The notes under the pieces were generated by a model that was not told the DNA's origin, did no database searches, and saw only the letters and a program-made list of their open reading frames with translations. Positions 52,441-64,000 of a DNA stretch of 64,000 nucleotides are shown here, piece by piece (position 1 is the stretch's first letter; each line of letters starts with the position of its first letter). The position numbers and the translations under genes are program-made. Source of the stretch: Camelus ferus (lineage: Eukaryota); contig NC_045696.1 in the NCBI RefSeq assembly GCF_009834535.1, positions 103,604,001-103,668,000 of the forward strand, given 5' to 3'.

Positions 52441-53631
52441 TTTATAGAGCTATTCAGGTTACTCTTCCTAAACTCTGTGGAAATAGTATAGGATTCAGAG
52501 TTATAAACTGTTTTCTTCTGGAGCAGTGGCCAATGTCACTAGTGAGAACACCACTATTAAATGAGAAATTGGGTTTCATAAGCTTTTGCAATTTCTAGCA
52601 CCGCACATATCTAGACTTAGCAAGTAAGTTCATGTATTAGGGCAAAACATCCTATGCAGTTCAGAGACAGGAGCTGTACTGTGGTGACAGTGCATGAGAA
52701 TGTGAGTGGGTGACTCAGAGCAGATCAGGGACAGACTAAACTCCTGGCACCCTTAAATACTTTCTCCACTGACATTACCAACTATACACATGCTGATTAT
52801 ATCAGGAAAAAGAAATCAGATGCTGCCATAGCCTTGGTCATAAAAAATAGGAAAACCACCCCAAAACAAAAGACAGTAATCATAACCTTGCCAACAAAAG
52901 TCTGCCTACAGTGTTCCACAAACTGTTTCAACAATGTCCTAAAAATAAAAGGGCAGCTTTTTCTTTGCCTATTCTTTTGAAAGACTTTCTCCTCAAAAGC
53001 ATTCAATGGTTGCTTAAAATTTTTTTGGTTGAACTTGCACTATTCTCGATGAAAAAATTCCAACTGGCTTTAACTTTTTAAATCATCATTTTCATTTACT
53101 GAGTCCCTGTAAGAATTTTAAAAGTACATACAAAAAAAAAAATACAAACAAAATATACTCTTAAAATATACTCTTGGCAGCCAACCATGAATCACACTAT
53201 AGAAACCGAATGAAATCTTTAAAATCTGACCTTGCTAATTTAGATTCATTAAGTTAGAACTGTGATAAGTAAGTACTGTCTTCACGCTAAGTTTAGATGT
53301 ACTTCAAAAGAACTTGTCTTTACAAAATTTCTAGCGTTTTATAATAATGCTACATTTTGTTTAGGATGATTCAGAACTAGAAACTCAAGAAATTAAAGAT
53401 CTTTTCAAAACATTCTCAACTTCTAAGTACAGCAATTTTTGTTTTTTTGTAGGGCTCGTGTTAGGATGTTATATACTGTAGGCTTTCGTACATTTTAAAT
53501 TAAAGCCTTTCCTCAGGTTACTACCAGAAACCTATACTGTTTATAAGATACTCAATAATTCACAAAATTTTACCCTGGAAGTTAAATGCTCACTATACAG
53601 CAGGCACCATATTAAGCCCTTCCCCCTAGAC

Positions 53632-53845
53632 CAGAGGTTCTCAATCAGAGGAAATTTTGTTCCTTGGGGGACATTTGACAATGTTTAGAGATATATTTGG
53701 TTGTAAAAACTGGGAACATGCTACTGGCATCTAAAAGCAGAGGCCAGAGCTACTGCTAAACATTCCACAAATGCAGGAAAAAAAGCCCCTCATAGAGAAG
53801 AATTATCCAACCAAATTGTCAACAGTGCTGCTAAGAAACCCTAAC
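53632..53845 (+). mobile_element. MER20 DNA transposon relic
   Basis: ggggacatttgacaatgt; tgctactggcatcta; tgctaaacat. Confidence 0.75.
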
Positions 53846-54100
53846 CCTGGATTATTTGTAATTTGTAATTAAGACATCAGTAATAGTAACTGTTGCTAAA
53901 ACTCATTTAGGTATTTTCACAGCTGAAAAACCCATTTATGTATGGGAGGAGAAAAGATGAAGACAGCCTTTTCATATTTGATGGACAGTTCCAACATATT
54001 TTTTTTTAACTGGGGATTGATTCCTAGGAATAATATAAAATGTTATTTCCCTAATGCTGTATGATAAAAAGTTAGTATTTCCAGAGTAAAACAATCATAC

Positions 54101-54178
54101 CTTTTTAACTGCTATAATATATCCTTCTTCTTGAAACATTTTGAAAAATTCACACATGAATGTCTCTTTGAAACTTGA
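54101..54178 (-). CDS. RASA2: RASA2 exon: SSFKETFMCEFFKMFQEEGYIIAVKK
   Basis: 78 nt; ttag|TCA, AAG|gtatga. Confidence 0.93.
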
Positions 54179-54593
54179 CTAAGAAAAAAACAATTTATGT
54201 ATGTTAAGTAGAGAAACAAGAATATAATTTTTAAGTTTAGGATTAGGGACAAAAGGGATTTAATCACATATTTCAAGAGAGTTACGGGGTTTGGAGCTGA
54301 AGATTTCTCTCAACAGCTGCTGAATGATTATGCACAGAAAGATAAACAGGAGGCTCTTGCAACTGTTAACTAGACTCTCTCCCCATCTTAGACACATTAG
54401 TTTAAATGAAACTGTAACAGGTGACTGAAAAAGGACATCCAGAAGACAACAACTGCATCTACATATACTTTTTTTTTTTTTTTTTTTTGGTTTTGCTTTG
54501 TTTTTAAGGAAGGGAGTGAGGGAGGGAGAAGGGATGGCAGGGTATGACAACATTTAGGAGTGTGAATACAAAGCAGAAGATATAAAGACTTAC

Positions 54594-54677
54594 CTTGCTT
54601 TTGGACAGACTCCCCAAGCTTCCCAAAGTCTGAATGGTTTTTGAGATGAGAGTTAACGTTCTGATTGTCTGTGGATC
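54594..54677 (-). CDS. RASA2: RASA2 exon: DPQTIRTLTLISKTIQTLGSLGSLSKSK
   Basis: 84 nt; tag|GAT, AAG|gtaagt. Confidence 0.94.
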
Positions 54678-56220
54678 CTAAACAATGTAAAAAAGACACA
54701 AAAGTGTTGTCAGGCTTTCAAGAAGTAGAATTTGTGTGAAATATCTAACAGAGTAAATAGGCTACATTGCCCTGAAACACTGACTCAGAAATGTTCATTC
54801 AAACCAGTTAAACTCTAGCTAAGGTTGGGCACAACTCACTGGACTAAGCAATTAAGAGACTAAAGAAGCCACATGTAACTGACAATTCCTCCCAAAGTAA
54901 TTATACCTAATGATGTGTTACTTCTGAAAGCCATAATTTAATCAACATTGTTATTATTTTTTTCCCCCAAACAGTATGGCAGCTTGAATTACCTAACAAA
55001 TCGTATTCACTTTTGGAATGTCAACGCCATCTACTTTCCTCTACCTTATCACGTAAAATGGCAGCTTCCAAATTTTCTATACTCAACCCACTTGTAAGCA
55101 TATTCAATAATTTTATGAGTTCTGCAACCAACTCTTTTCACCATGGATGCAGAGACCTAAATTCAACTTAGGAAATGAGAAGTCACCAGCTGATGCAGGA
55201 TCTCAGCAGAAGGTAACTATTTGGGTCTACTATCAAAGGTGTTTTCCAGGCCCATCTGCTATAAAGAAGTAAATATAAAGAAAATTGACAAAACAGTGTT
55301 TCCTACTGAATTCTTGCTCCCTCCCCCCCCTTTTTTATAATTGAGGTATAATTTACAGTGCAATGAACAGATTTCAAATGTATATAGCCTGATGAGTTTT
55401 CACCAATCCATGCATCTGCATAACCGATTCCTCTATCACTATAAAAAACACCTTTTTTGTTTTGGGGATTCAAATAAACTGTCTGCCATCAGAAGACATA
55501 TTCAAGAAAATTTAGATGCAAAAATGCTTCAGTTTAGTGTCTGGCTGGCATTCTGTAATATTTTAATATCCCGACACTGAAAATAGGCAGTGAATATGAA
55601 GGGGGAAGACATGACCAGGATGTAAGGCAGCTCTGGAAAAGGAGTATCTGAGATATGATCAGTAGGATATACTTATGAAATAGTTACACACCTTAATTAT
55701 GGTTATTCAGAAAATAGTTTAGCTAGAACATCCAGGATTCCATTATATCTATAAAAGGTCCCTCCAACCCTCCGCCTTTAAAGAATATAAAATTCTTAAT
55801 GTGCTAACAACCTGAATTTGAACTGGATTTCATTAAGTCATCCCTGTTCAAATTTGGTTTTAAAATCAGTGTTTTAGGTCATTATTTCCCTAAACTGAAA
55901 GAAGTGAGCAAAGTATATTTTGCACAATTTTTGCATGTCAGAGTTTTTTTTTTTGCATCAATGTGGCCCTTACTACTATTTGGCAATTATGTCGTTTAGC
56001 TACTGTTGATTCCCTGATGTACTTACATATAAACTGTTCTAAATTTTTCCCCTACCATCTGCCATCATAATTTTTCACAGACATCCAGGACTTTAGTCAT
56101 CTGGCACCTAGTATACAGCCTGGCACTAGCATATAGTAGATGCTATAGAACATTTATTAAATTCAACTGAAACGTTGACTCTCTCACCTCAAAATAACAT
56201 ATCCTATCTTTTTTTCCTTA

Positions 56221-56452
56221 TATTAGGTTGAACCATATGAAATTGCTGTTGACTATTTTTTTTAATACTTATTTTTGGTGGTGGGGAGGGAGACAAGGTT
56301 CATTTATTTATTTTAGTGGAGGCACTGGGAATTGAACCCAGGACCTCATGTATGTTAGCAAGCACTCTACCACTGAGCTATACCCTCCCTCTTGTTGACT
56401 ATTTTTGATCTACTAAAAAACCCCAAGTAATTCCATATGGTACATCATAATA
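56221..56452. mobile_element. MADE2-like mariner MITE interrupted by a Vic-1-like SINE (56261-56392, minus)
   Basis: TIRs tattaggttgaaccatatgaaattgc / gtaattccatatggtacatcataata; SINE TSD tgttgactattttt. Confidence 0.75.
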
Positions 56453-58723
56453 CTTCAAAGAAGGAATTGTTCTTTTTCCTTAAGATTTATCCCATCACTT
56501 TTTCTTTTAAAGACTTTCTGAATGAATCCTCCAGCATACTGATCTAGTACTGGTTAAGTCCTCTTCTCTCTTCAATTTCTGCCCTTTCTGTTGGTCTCTT
56601 CTCCTCTATTTAAACCTTACATAGGTTTTCCCGTTTTGGAAAAGACTTATCATTTGCTGAGCTACCTGTCTTTTACTTATCAAACATTTACTGAGCATCT
56701 ACTTGTCCTAGAAGTTGTGCCACGTGCTTGGGATACACAAATCTGAAAAAGATCCAATTCATGCTGTTAAGGTAGCCTGTCCACATGCAGAGACAATACA
56801 AAGATGATGATAAAACAGTATGACAGATGCCAGGAGAGTTACACGGTGCTACAGACACACATAAGAGAGGAAGCTAATCCAGACTCCAAGGTTACAGAAG
56901 TTTTCCTCTGCTGAGTCTTAAAAGGAGCTATCAGTGAGAGAACAGGGGCTAGGATGAGAAGGAAGGTTCAATCTTTCTTCTTCCCTATCATGAAACTTCT
57001 CTAAAAAGTGGTCTACTATGTCAACGTTAACATAACCCATACTTTAAAAATTTAAAAAGTATTTATTCATGTATGCACATGTACATGCTTGAATTTGTCC
57101 ATGTCTTTTAGCAGCAGGGCAAGCTCACTTTTGATATATTTCCTAAGTAAAACTCCACTCACTTACTTATTCATTAATTTTCTGCAATCAGATGTTCTTT
57201 TCTACTCTACTAAAACTGACTTCTCAAAATTCAAAGAACTTCTAAATGTAAAATCCAACAGCCTATCATTGGTTCTCCTCCCCAACTACTCTGTAACTTT
57301 CAGTACTGGTTGTGACAATGTCATCACCCTCAGGCACTGGGATCATTCCTCGCTCTTAATTTCTAAAGAATGGATTGCCTATACTCCTTACTTGCTACTA
57401 ATCAGGTGCTTGTCTTAGATATATGTGCGTAGTTTTGGATTATGTATCCTATGTATTTGCCTTATTTCCCCAATTAGAATAAAAGGTTCACTTAAAAGCA
57501 AACAATAAAGTTACATGACAGTCTGAAGCAGTCCTTTTGGCATACTGATTGGAAAGGTGACCTAAAATACAGAGTTTATGGTTAGAAGGACTTTATTGCA
57601 ACATCTGTTACAGGAATATGCAAATCCAAGTCTGAATATAAGGCAGGGTCAGAAGCTCAGAGGTGGGAGTTCTGCTTGTGTCCAGAATGCTGCTATCAAG
57701 CTTTCGCTGCCCCGGAGTACTGAACAGCTTCAGGAACACAGCCACAGAAAGGACACTGGCCCACTCTCCGCTGCAGCTACTCACTGACCATTTGTTCTTT
57801 GGCAAGAAAGGGTATGTTGCTACTACCGCAGCATAGTTTTACTTAGTTCTCAAAGTTAAATGAGTGGCCAATGTGCAGCTGTCAAGAGGAGACGTGGCCT
57901 TCAGAGCCCAGTGTAACTCCAAAATCTACATGTCTTCCCTGGGTTCAATCCCCAGATGGTATTAGTGAGTTTCTTGAGGGCAGGGAGTGTCTGCCTCATC
58001 ACTGCATCTCCAGCGCTGAGCACAGCATCTGATACACTGCAGGTGCTCAAACACCCTGACTCCGTAAGAGGCTGGAAGGAACAGGGTAAGCTCACAGCCT
58101 GGGAAGACTGAGTCAGAATTCTCGTTTAATCCAGTTAGAACTGAGTGAGATCAAATCATAGTTTATTAGTTGCATAACCTTGGAGACGTTCTTGAATAGT
58201 GGTTTTGTTATGGAGAGATGGAATGGAGAAGATAAGAGATGACAGAATTTATCTCACAGGGCTATTGGAAGGAACTAAGAACAAATAAAGTATTTACAAC
58301 AAGGCCTACTACAAAGTAAGCACTAAAATGTTGACTATTATTATTGTTATAAAAATCAGCAACAAAAACAATTAGATAAGATTATAAATATTTGAAACAT
58401 TTATAAAAGGTTAAAAATTAGCAAAAACACACTTATGAGAAGGAAACAGAAACAGTGAAAATAAGGAGTTTAAAATGTTAAGAAACATGTAAATATCTAC
58501 ACAGTGCAGATTCAGATTTAAGTAATTAAATATGACTTCAGAACAAAAACATTATGTGCCTTAAGTTTTAAAGCTCATATATTTACAATATCATCTCAGG
58601 TGAATAAAAAGTAAAAATATGGAGATATCAACAAATTATGTTACAATGAAAGTTTCTACACCTTACAGAAATGAGCCTCTTCTTCAAATCTGTGTGACGT
58701 TTAAAAATATCTGCAAGATTAGT

Positions 58724-58876
58724 GGGAGGAGGGTATAGCTCAGTGGTAGAGCACATGCTTAACATGTATAAGGTCCTGGGTTCAATCCCCAGTGCCTCCA
58801 TTAAAAAAGTAATAAATAAATTTAAAAAATAAATAAATAAACCTATTTACCTCCCACCAAAAAAATTTTTTTTAGA
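58724..58876 (+). mobile_element. tRNA-derived SINE (Vic-1-like)
   Basis: gagggtatagctcagtggtagagc...gggttcaatccccagt; TSD tgcaagatta. Confidence 0.87.
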
Positions 58877-59235
58877 TATGCAAGATTAAACCTGTAACTA
58901 ACGAAAGGAAAAATAACTCAACAACTCTGTATGATGGAAATTTACAAACATACACAACAGCAGAGGGAAAATACGATGAATCTTCTTTGTTCCCATCACC
59001 AAGCTGCAACTATTACCAACATTTTACTACCCTTGTGTAGTATCTTTTAACAACCACCACAAAAACCCAGAATTTTCAGCCTTCTCTGAAACAAATGGCT
59101 AAGAAAAATGCCCAGTAAATTTAAGTATCAGTTATAAGAACACACAGCCAAGTGAAATGGGCTTGTTATTTTATCTTTTCTTTATTTTAATAAAAATAAA
59201 TAAAAATGGAATAAAGCTTTGAGAACAACACTTAC

Positions 59236-59342
59236 TGGATGATGAGGTCGCAAATGAAAAGTATGAGGTGATACTACGGCTACAGCAAAGAAACGAAGAA
59301 ACACAAAGCTGCTCACTGCAGAATACTGAACATGAGGGTCAT
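59236..59342 (-). CDS. RASA2: RASA2 exon with FLR motif: (N)[35 protein letters not shown]
   Basis: 107 nt; cag|AT, CCA|gtaagt; RasGAP signature FLRFF. Confidence 0.95.
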
Positions 59343-59676
59343 CTGCAGGAAAAAAATGGTGAAATGTCATGCACAAAAACACTGAATTAAAAAACAAAGA
59401 TGACAAAGTAAAAGATACTGAAAAAACATGTAAATTAAATAGGCGATAAATATAATTTGTCCAGTAAGAACTGAGTTGATGAAATGATAGTAGTGGTTAT
59501 GACTAAAGGAAAAAAATTCTATGACTAAAAAAAACTGAAAGAAATAATAAGAAATAATAAGGAAAGTGAAAAGCAAAGCTGCTAGGTTTTCAGAAATATT
59601 TTAATTTGGAAAAATACCTCTTTCCTCATCTGCAAGAAGGGATGCCTGAAATTACAACAAAAATAAAAGTAGTATC

Positions 59677-59695
59677 TAGCACCACCTAGTGGTGA
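59677..59695 (-). promoter_or_regulatory. Candidate CTCF site in a RASA2 intron
   Basis: tagcaccacctagtggtga closely matches the CTCF consensus (CCACTAGGTGGYGCTA). Confidence 0.5.
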
Positions 59696-61633
59696 TACTG
59701 AATCCCCTAAGACTAGGATAGCAGACTGTCTTCAGCTTGTTTCAATCTTCCCCTCAAAAATCTTGATAATATCAAAGGCTACGGAGTAAAAACAATCAGA
59801 CAGCAATCTTTACTTCAAAAAGTTATCACTACTCCTTATAAAAATGCCGATGAACTGAGGACACCTTGTGGCTTTGATCATTCAGCTACAGTTTTCATTT
59901 CAGATTAGAGTCAACACTTAACCCAACAGTCAGATGGTAGAGGAGCAGGTGGTGACGGAAAGAATGTCTGCATTTGGTTTGAGTTCAACTCTTCCAGTCA
60001 CTCAGCGGATAGTCGCCGACCAGTCACTGAATTTGTAGTTCTTTACTAACACTTGCTTCCCACCACTGTCTCCTCCCCGCTCCCCAGCCACCCTCCCGGG
60101 GTAGTGAGAACAAATGAGAAAATAATGAAAATACTTTATGACAACAAAACTACCACTACTTCTAGTCTATGGAGAATATGAAGACAAGTTAATATTTAAG
60201 CCAACAAAAAGACAATTAAGGAACTATGTTTGCATTTATAAAAAATTATAAAATGTGTTTTAGATTATTCATATAAATAAAAACCAAACAGCTACTGCAT
60301 ATTTGAGGCCAAGATCACTGGGTAGGGTGGAGTACAGTGATCAGTAATATGTTTGGGGGTAGGCCAGGCCCAGGTGTGAGACCCTGCTCGCCTGCTGGCC
60401 ATGCCACAGACCCTGGGCAAATCATTTAACTTCTCTAAACCCCAGTTTCCTTATCTACGGAAAGGGAGCAGTGCCTACCGTATATGGTGGTGTGCAGGTG
60501 AGGGAGAGGAGATAACTCAGGCTAGCACTGTGCCTGTTCACTAAGACCTCAGTGTGGAGATTATGATCTCACTCACTATTTAAAAATACAATTTTAGTCA
60601 GCATTTCATCCTTTCATATGTTAATATCTCTGTTCCCCTTATTTTTGTTACCTAGTCTAGATTTAGTACACTTATTACAAGTTAACCGTTTACAGCTTTA
60701 CTATAATTAGTAAACTCAGCCCCACTTGAGCTTTGGGTAAATTTAGTGGAGGGGCAGATAACTGCACACACCTGTGTGCACACACATACTCAAATGAATA
60801 TGATAAAATCACAAAATCTCTTCAGATGGTTACAGAAATAAACTTACGGTTTCACATAGCTGGGTAAGACTGATAATTTAAGTAGCTGCCTTACCTCCTC
60901 ACCCTCCCCCCTATTACAGGCAGATCTGGAAAGACAGCCATAGTAAGTTTATTTACTTATCAGAGATGCATATAGTTAGAATAATTCCAAGTATTGACAA
61001 TCAGAGATAGCAACTGTTAATTTTATGAAATGTTTCTAAGCAAAGCCTTGACACAGCTGCTCTAGCAATGTTAAAGCATGCCAGTTATTGATATGTGGGC
61101 CTCAAAATCCTGTATTTTGAGGTATATTGCAACAGAGAAGTTTCTAATGTCTAAAACCATTTCTGCAAAAACCTCTCACCACTAAAACCTTAGCATTCTC
61201 AAAACTGTCAAATCTCGTCAGTTGTATGGAACTAAGCATTCTCACTATTTGAATGCATGTAAGTGGAAAAAGTAGTTGGTACAAATAACAAAGGTATTCT
61301 GGTTTATCATATTTAACAGTCTCATAAGCACCAGGTATAAATGTGTACTTATATAATGTTATAGTTCTCAATTTCTGCCTTTCTTAAAACTAATGGTGGT
61401 TTTGATTTGCTTGTATAAAGTTGCCATTATATTGAAATAAACAGTTTTATGTTTTGAGATTATAAGAAAATTAAATCAGATGTTTCATTAAAAAGCTAGA
61501 ACTATTTTGAACAACAAAAGACGACTGTACTTACAAACCTTAAACATTTCTCATAAACCAAATACATGATAAATCTATAAAAAATCAAATATAGAAGAAG
61601 AAATGGTGTATTTTAGTAAAACAAGGCACTTAC

Positions 61634-61757
61634 TAGGAAATCTTTGAGTAGCCATTTGCCTTAGAGAATAAAAGATATCACACATTACAGTGGGGCAGCT
61701 CATACTTGATTTTACAATTGTACTGAATAACTTGTCTACATAGTAGCGCAGATTCTC
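61634..61757 (-). CDS. RASA2: RASA2 exon: [41 protein letters not shown]
   Basis: 124 nt; cag|GAG, A|gtaagt. Confidence 0.94.
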
Positions 61758-62208
61758 CTGTGGGATTAAAAAAGGTAAACGCTAAGATACTGACTTTTAC
61801 ACATCTTCAGTAGCCTTTATGGGGAAAAAAATGCAACAAAAATGAGACATATTAGGCAGTCACTATCTAGTATTCTGAGACCTTGCTTCCCTTCTCTGAA
61901 CTCATTCAGTTGAAGGACAGATTGCATCCTGACCTCATTTAATAAATCAGATTTAGATGAGTTAGATGTAAGAGGTGAATGGACGGCATAAACTTCATAA
62001 GAAGCAGACAATAAAACGACCCAAAGAGAAATCAGGGAAGTAACATTCTAAAAACTAGACACAGGAAATGCTGCTAACAGTATGGGCCTTATGTAAGTAA
62101 AAGGCACTGCTCACCCCACCCCCCAGCATTGCTACAACAGAGTAAGTGGGAGACAGCGGTACCATTAAGACCAATTTTAATGCAGTTACAAAGACAGCAA
62201 AGACTTAC

Positions 62209-62283
62209 CTTATTATTTTCTACATTATCTCCCTCTTTCAATTTAATAGGATCAATTTCACAGGGTTTTGAGGATTCACATAT
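62209..62283 (-). CDS. RASA2: RASA2 exon: [25 protein letters not shown]
   Basis: 75 nt; cag|ATA, AAG|gtaagt. Confidence 0.94.
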
Positions 62284-62710
62284 CTGGAAAAAAGATTAAT
62301 TTTTCCTTTAAAGCTCTTTTCTAAATAATTTGGCAAAATGAAAATAATTATTTTTTCTGATCGTACAATTATAAAAATTAAAACTGTAACAAAGTTTAAA
62401 ACCCCCATCTAGAGATAGTGTATACAATATACCTAAAGAACTTATCAAAAAGTATTTTTCATATATTTAAAACTCTATCTAAAATAAATCGGATAACAAA
62501 GAAATAATTATGTAGAGTATATACTGCAATGTGCCCTTCAAGTAAAAATCCACTGATGGAAGAATAAATCATTTATTTTATTTCTGAAGTGTTCAGCCTC
62601 ATTCATTCAGTAATATATGAGTGGACACAGTATTCGCATCAGTAGATCACTTGATGGAAGAGATGCTATGATAAGGCCAAACTATTCTTATTGGAGGTGC
62701 GTTCCTGTAC

Positions 62711-62825
62711 CTCATCTAGAATAGGTTTTAATGTTACTTTCAGGTAGTGCCCTCCCACTATTTTCATCATCTCATCCAGACATCGGGTGGCCAAGGAATT
62801 TCCTCTAAAAATTGTGTTTGCATCT
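62711..62825 (-). CDS. RASA2: RASA2 exon, RasGAP arginine-finger region: [38 protein letters not shown]
   Basis: 115 nt; ttcag|A acceptor, GAG|gtacag donor; inside ORF 62666..62857. Confidence 0.95.
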
Positions 62826-63460
62826 CTGAAATACAAACAGAAATAAGGTGAAACCAAGTGTAATAATCAAAGGCTGTAAAATCAATAACAAGAGATTTGA
62901 CTTTAGTCATATACACAATCTTAGTAATTCTTACCAACCATTCAAAAGCTTGCTACAATTAGGATTTTCAAACTTACTAAAACCACTTATCCAAAATATA
63001 CAAAAATAAGTTAACAACAAAAAGCAAACTGTATTTGAATTACAAAAGTAGAGTGTGTATGTCTAAAACAACAGTGTTAAATTATGACAGCAATGGGAAG
63101 CCATCCAATTGCTCTTTCTGTCACACGTGTGCATGTTAGGGTGCTACACAGCAAATAACGGGAAAAAAAGCTTCTGTCCTGGTGTTTTATTTGTGACAAG
63201 TGAATCATTTAAGATGAGAAACAGGAAATTTTGACAAATGAGTAAAAAAAAAAATCATGCATTAATTGTTAATTCTACTGTTGGTGGACAACTGCTAACT
63301 TAAAAGAACTGCCTTTTATTACTTGCTAAGCAGTGCTTTTCAGACCTCTATAGAGTAAGGCTGGTCAATACAGAAGAATGGAGATCACAAAAACAATTTG
63401 GAGAATTATGGTCCAATTTCAACAGCACATAATTAACTTTTAATAAAATGTAACTCTTAC

Positions 63461-63609
63461 TGTGTATCCTTCAAGTCTAATTCAGCCACTGCAGTAGCAA
63501 AAGGAACAAGTTTATCATGGTGGAGCAGCAGTCGTACAAGGGGCAAAACAGCGTCATTTTTATCTCGACATATTTCACCCAAAATGTAAGCAGCTGAGGC
63601 AGATATCGG
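63461..63609 (-). CDS. RASA2: RASA2 exon: PISASAAYILGEICRDKNDAVLPLVRLLLHHDKLVPFATAVAELDLKDT(Q)
   Basis: 149 nt; tag|CCG acceptor, CA|gtaaga donor. Confidence 0.94.
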
Positions 63610-63919
63610 CTAGAACACAGAAAGGTAGAGAACAAGCAGAAAATCAAGGAAGCATGATTAAATATATATTCAATCACTAGCTTGTAAAAGTAATTCAAAT
63701 ATATTCATTAACTGTAACTGTTGTATAGAATAATATTTAATTTTCTAAATTTTTATCAGAGATGAAATTTGGTGCACATATTGGTATATATACTCTGGTT
63801 CAGATAAAAACTGAAAAAAAAAAACAAAACCTTGATACTCTGAAATCTTTTCCTCATCATTTACAGAATTACTTTAGCTTTTTCCTATTAAATCACAAGC
63901 TTTAAGATTTTTTAAGTAC

Positions 63920-64000
63920 CTGAACATCTGGTGATTTTAGCAGCAAAGTTTTCAAAGGACCATAGTACTCTGAAGGAAGCACGTAGTCTTCTGTATAACA
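63920..64000 (-). CDS. RASA2: RASA2 exon (truncated by window edge): CYTEDYVLPSEYYGPLKTLLLKSPDVQ
   Basis: Manual translation; donor CAG|gtactt; phase 0. Confidence 0.93.

Larger units (their letters stand above)
29440..64000 (-). other. RASA2: RASA2 gene, 3' portion (last 15 exons, probably exons 10-24; 5' part lies beyond the window)
   Basis: 15 exons with canonical GT-AG ends join in frame to 1611 nt (536 aa + TAG). They encode the RasGAP motifs FRGNS and FLRFF, a PH domain, a Btk motif and the C-terminus ENPIVGKTS, matching recalled RASA2/GAP1m. The 3' end is approximate. Confidence 0.96.

Noticed and set aside
62822..62830. Alternative AG-AG acceptor 2 nt downstream
   Set aside because: Would break the frame with the upstream phase-2 exon; only the cag|A site gives Q-D-A

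Overview
Mammalian genomic DNA, most likely camelid, judged from repeated Vic-1-like tRNA-derived SINEs. The right half (about 29.4-64 kb) holds the 3' part of RASA2 (GAP1m, a Ras GTPase-activating protein) on the minus strand. I traced 15 coding exons with GT-AG junctions that splice in frame to 536 aa plus stop (RasGAP, PH and Btk-motif regions), followed by a ~3 kb 3'UTR. The left half is intergenic. It contains an orphan CpG island next to a solo ERV LTR, a frameshifted RPL9 processed pseudogene, a probable retrocopied mRNA 3' end, a decayed full-length L1 with target-site duplications (TSDs), and many nested LTR, LINE, SINE and DNA-transposon relics. I found no convincing novel biological system. 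The best leads are small: a tandem splice donor, a possible microexon, the LTR/CpG-island unit, a 51-bp retro-insertion and an unidentified retrocopy. Repeat family names come from recall of consensus sequences, and their boundaries are approximate unless a TSD is given.
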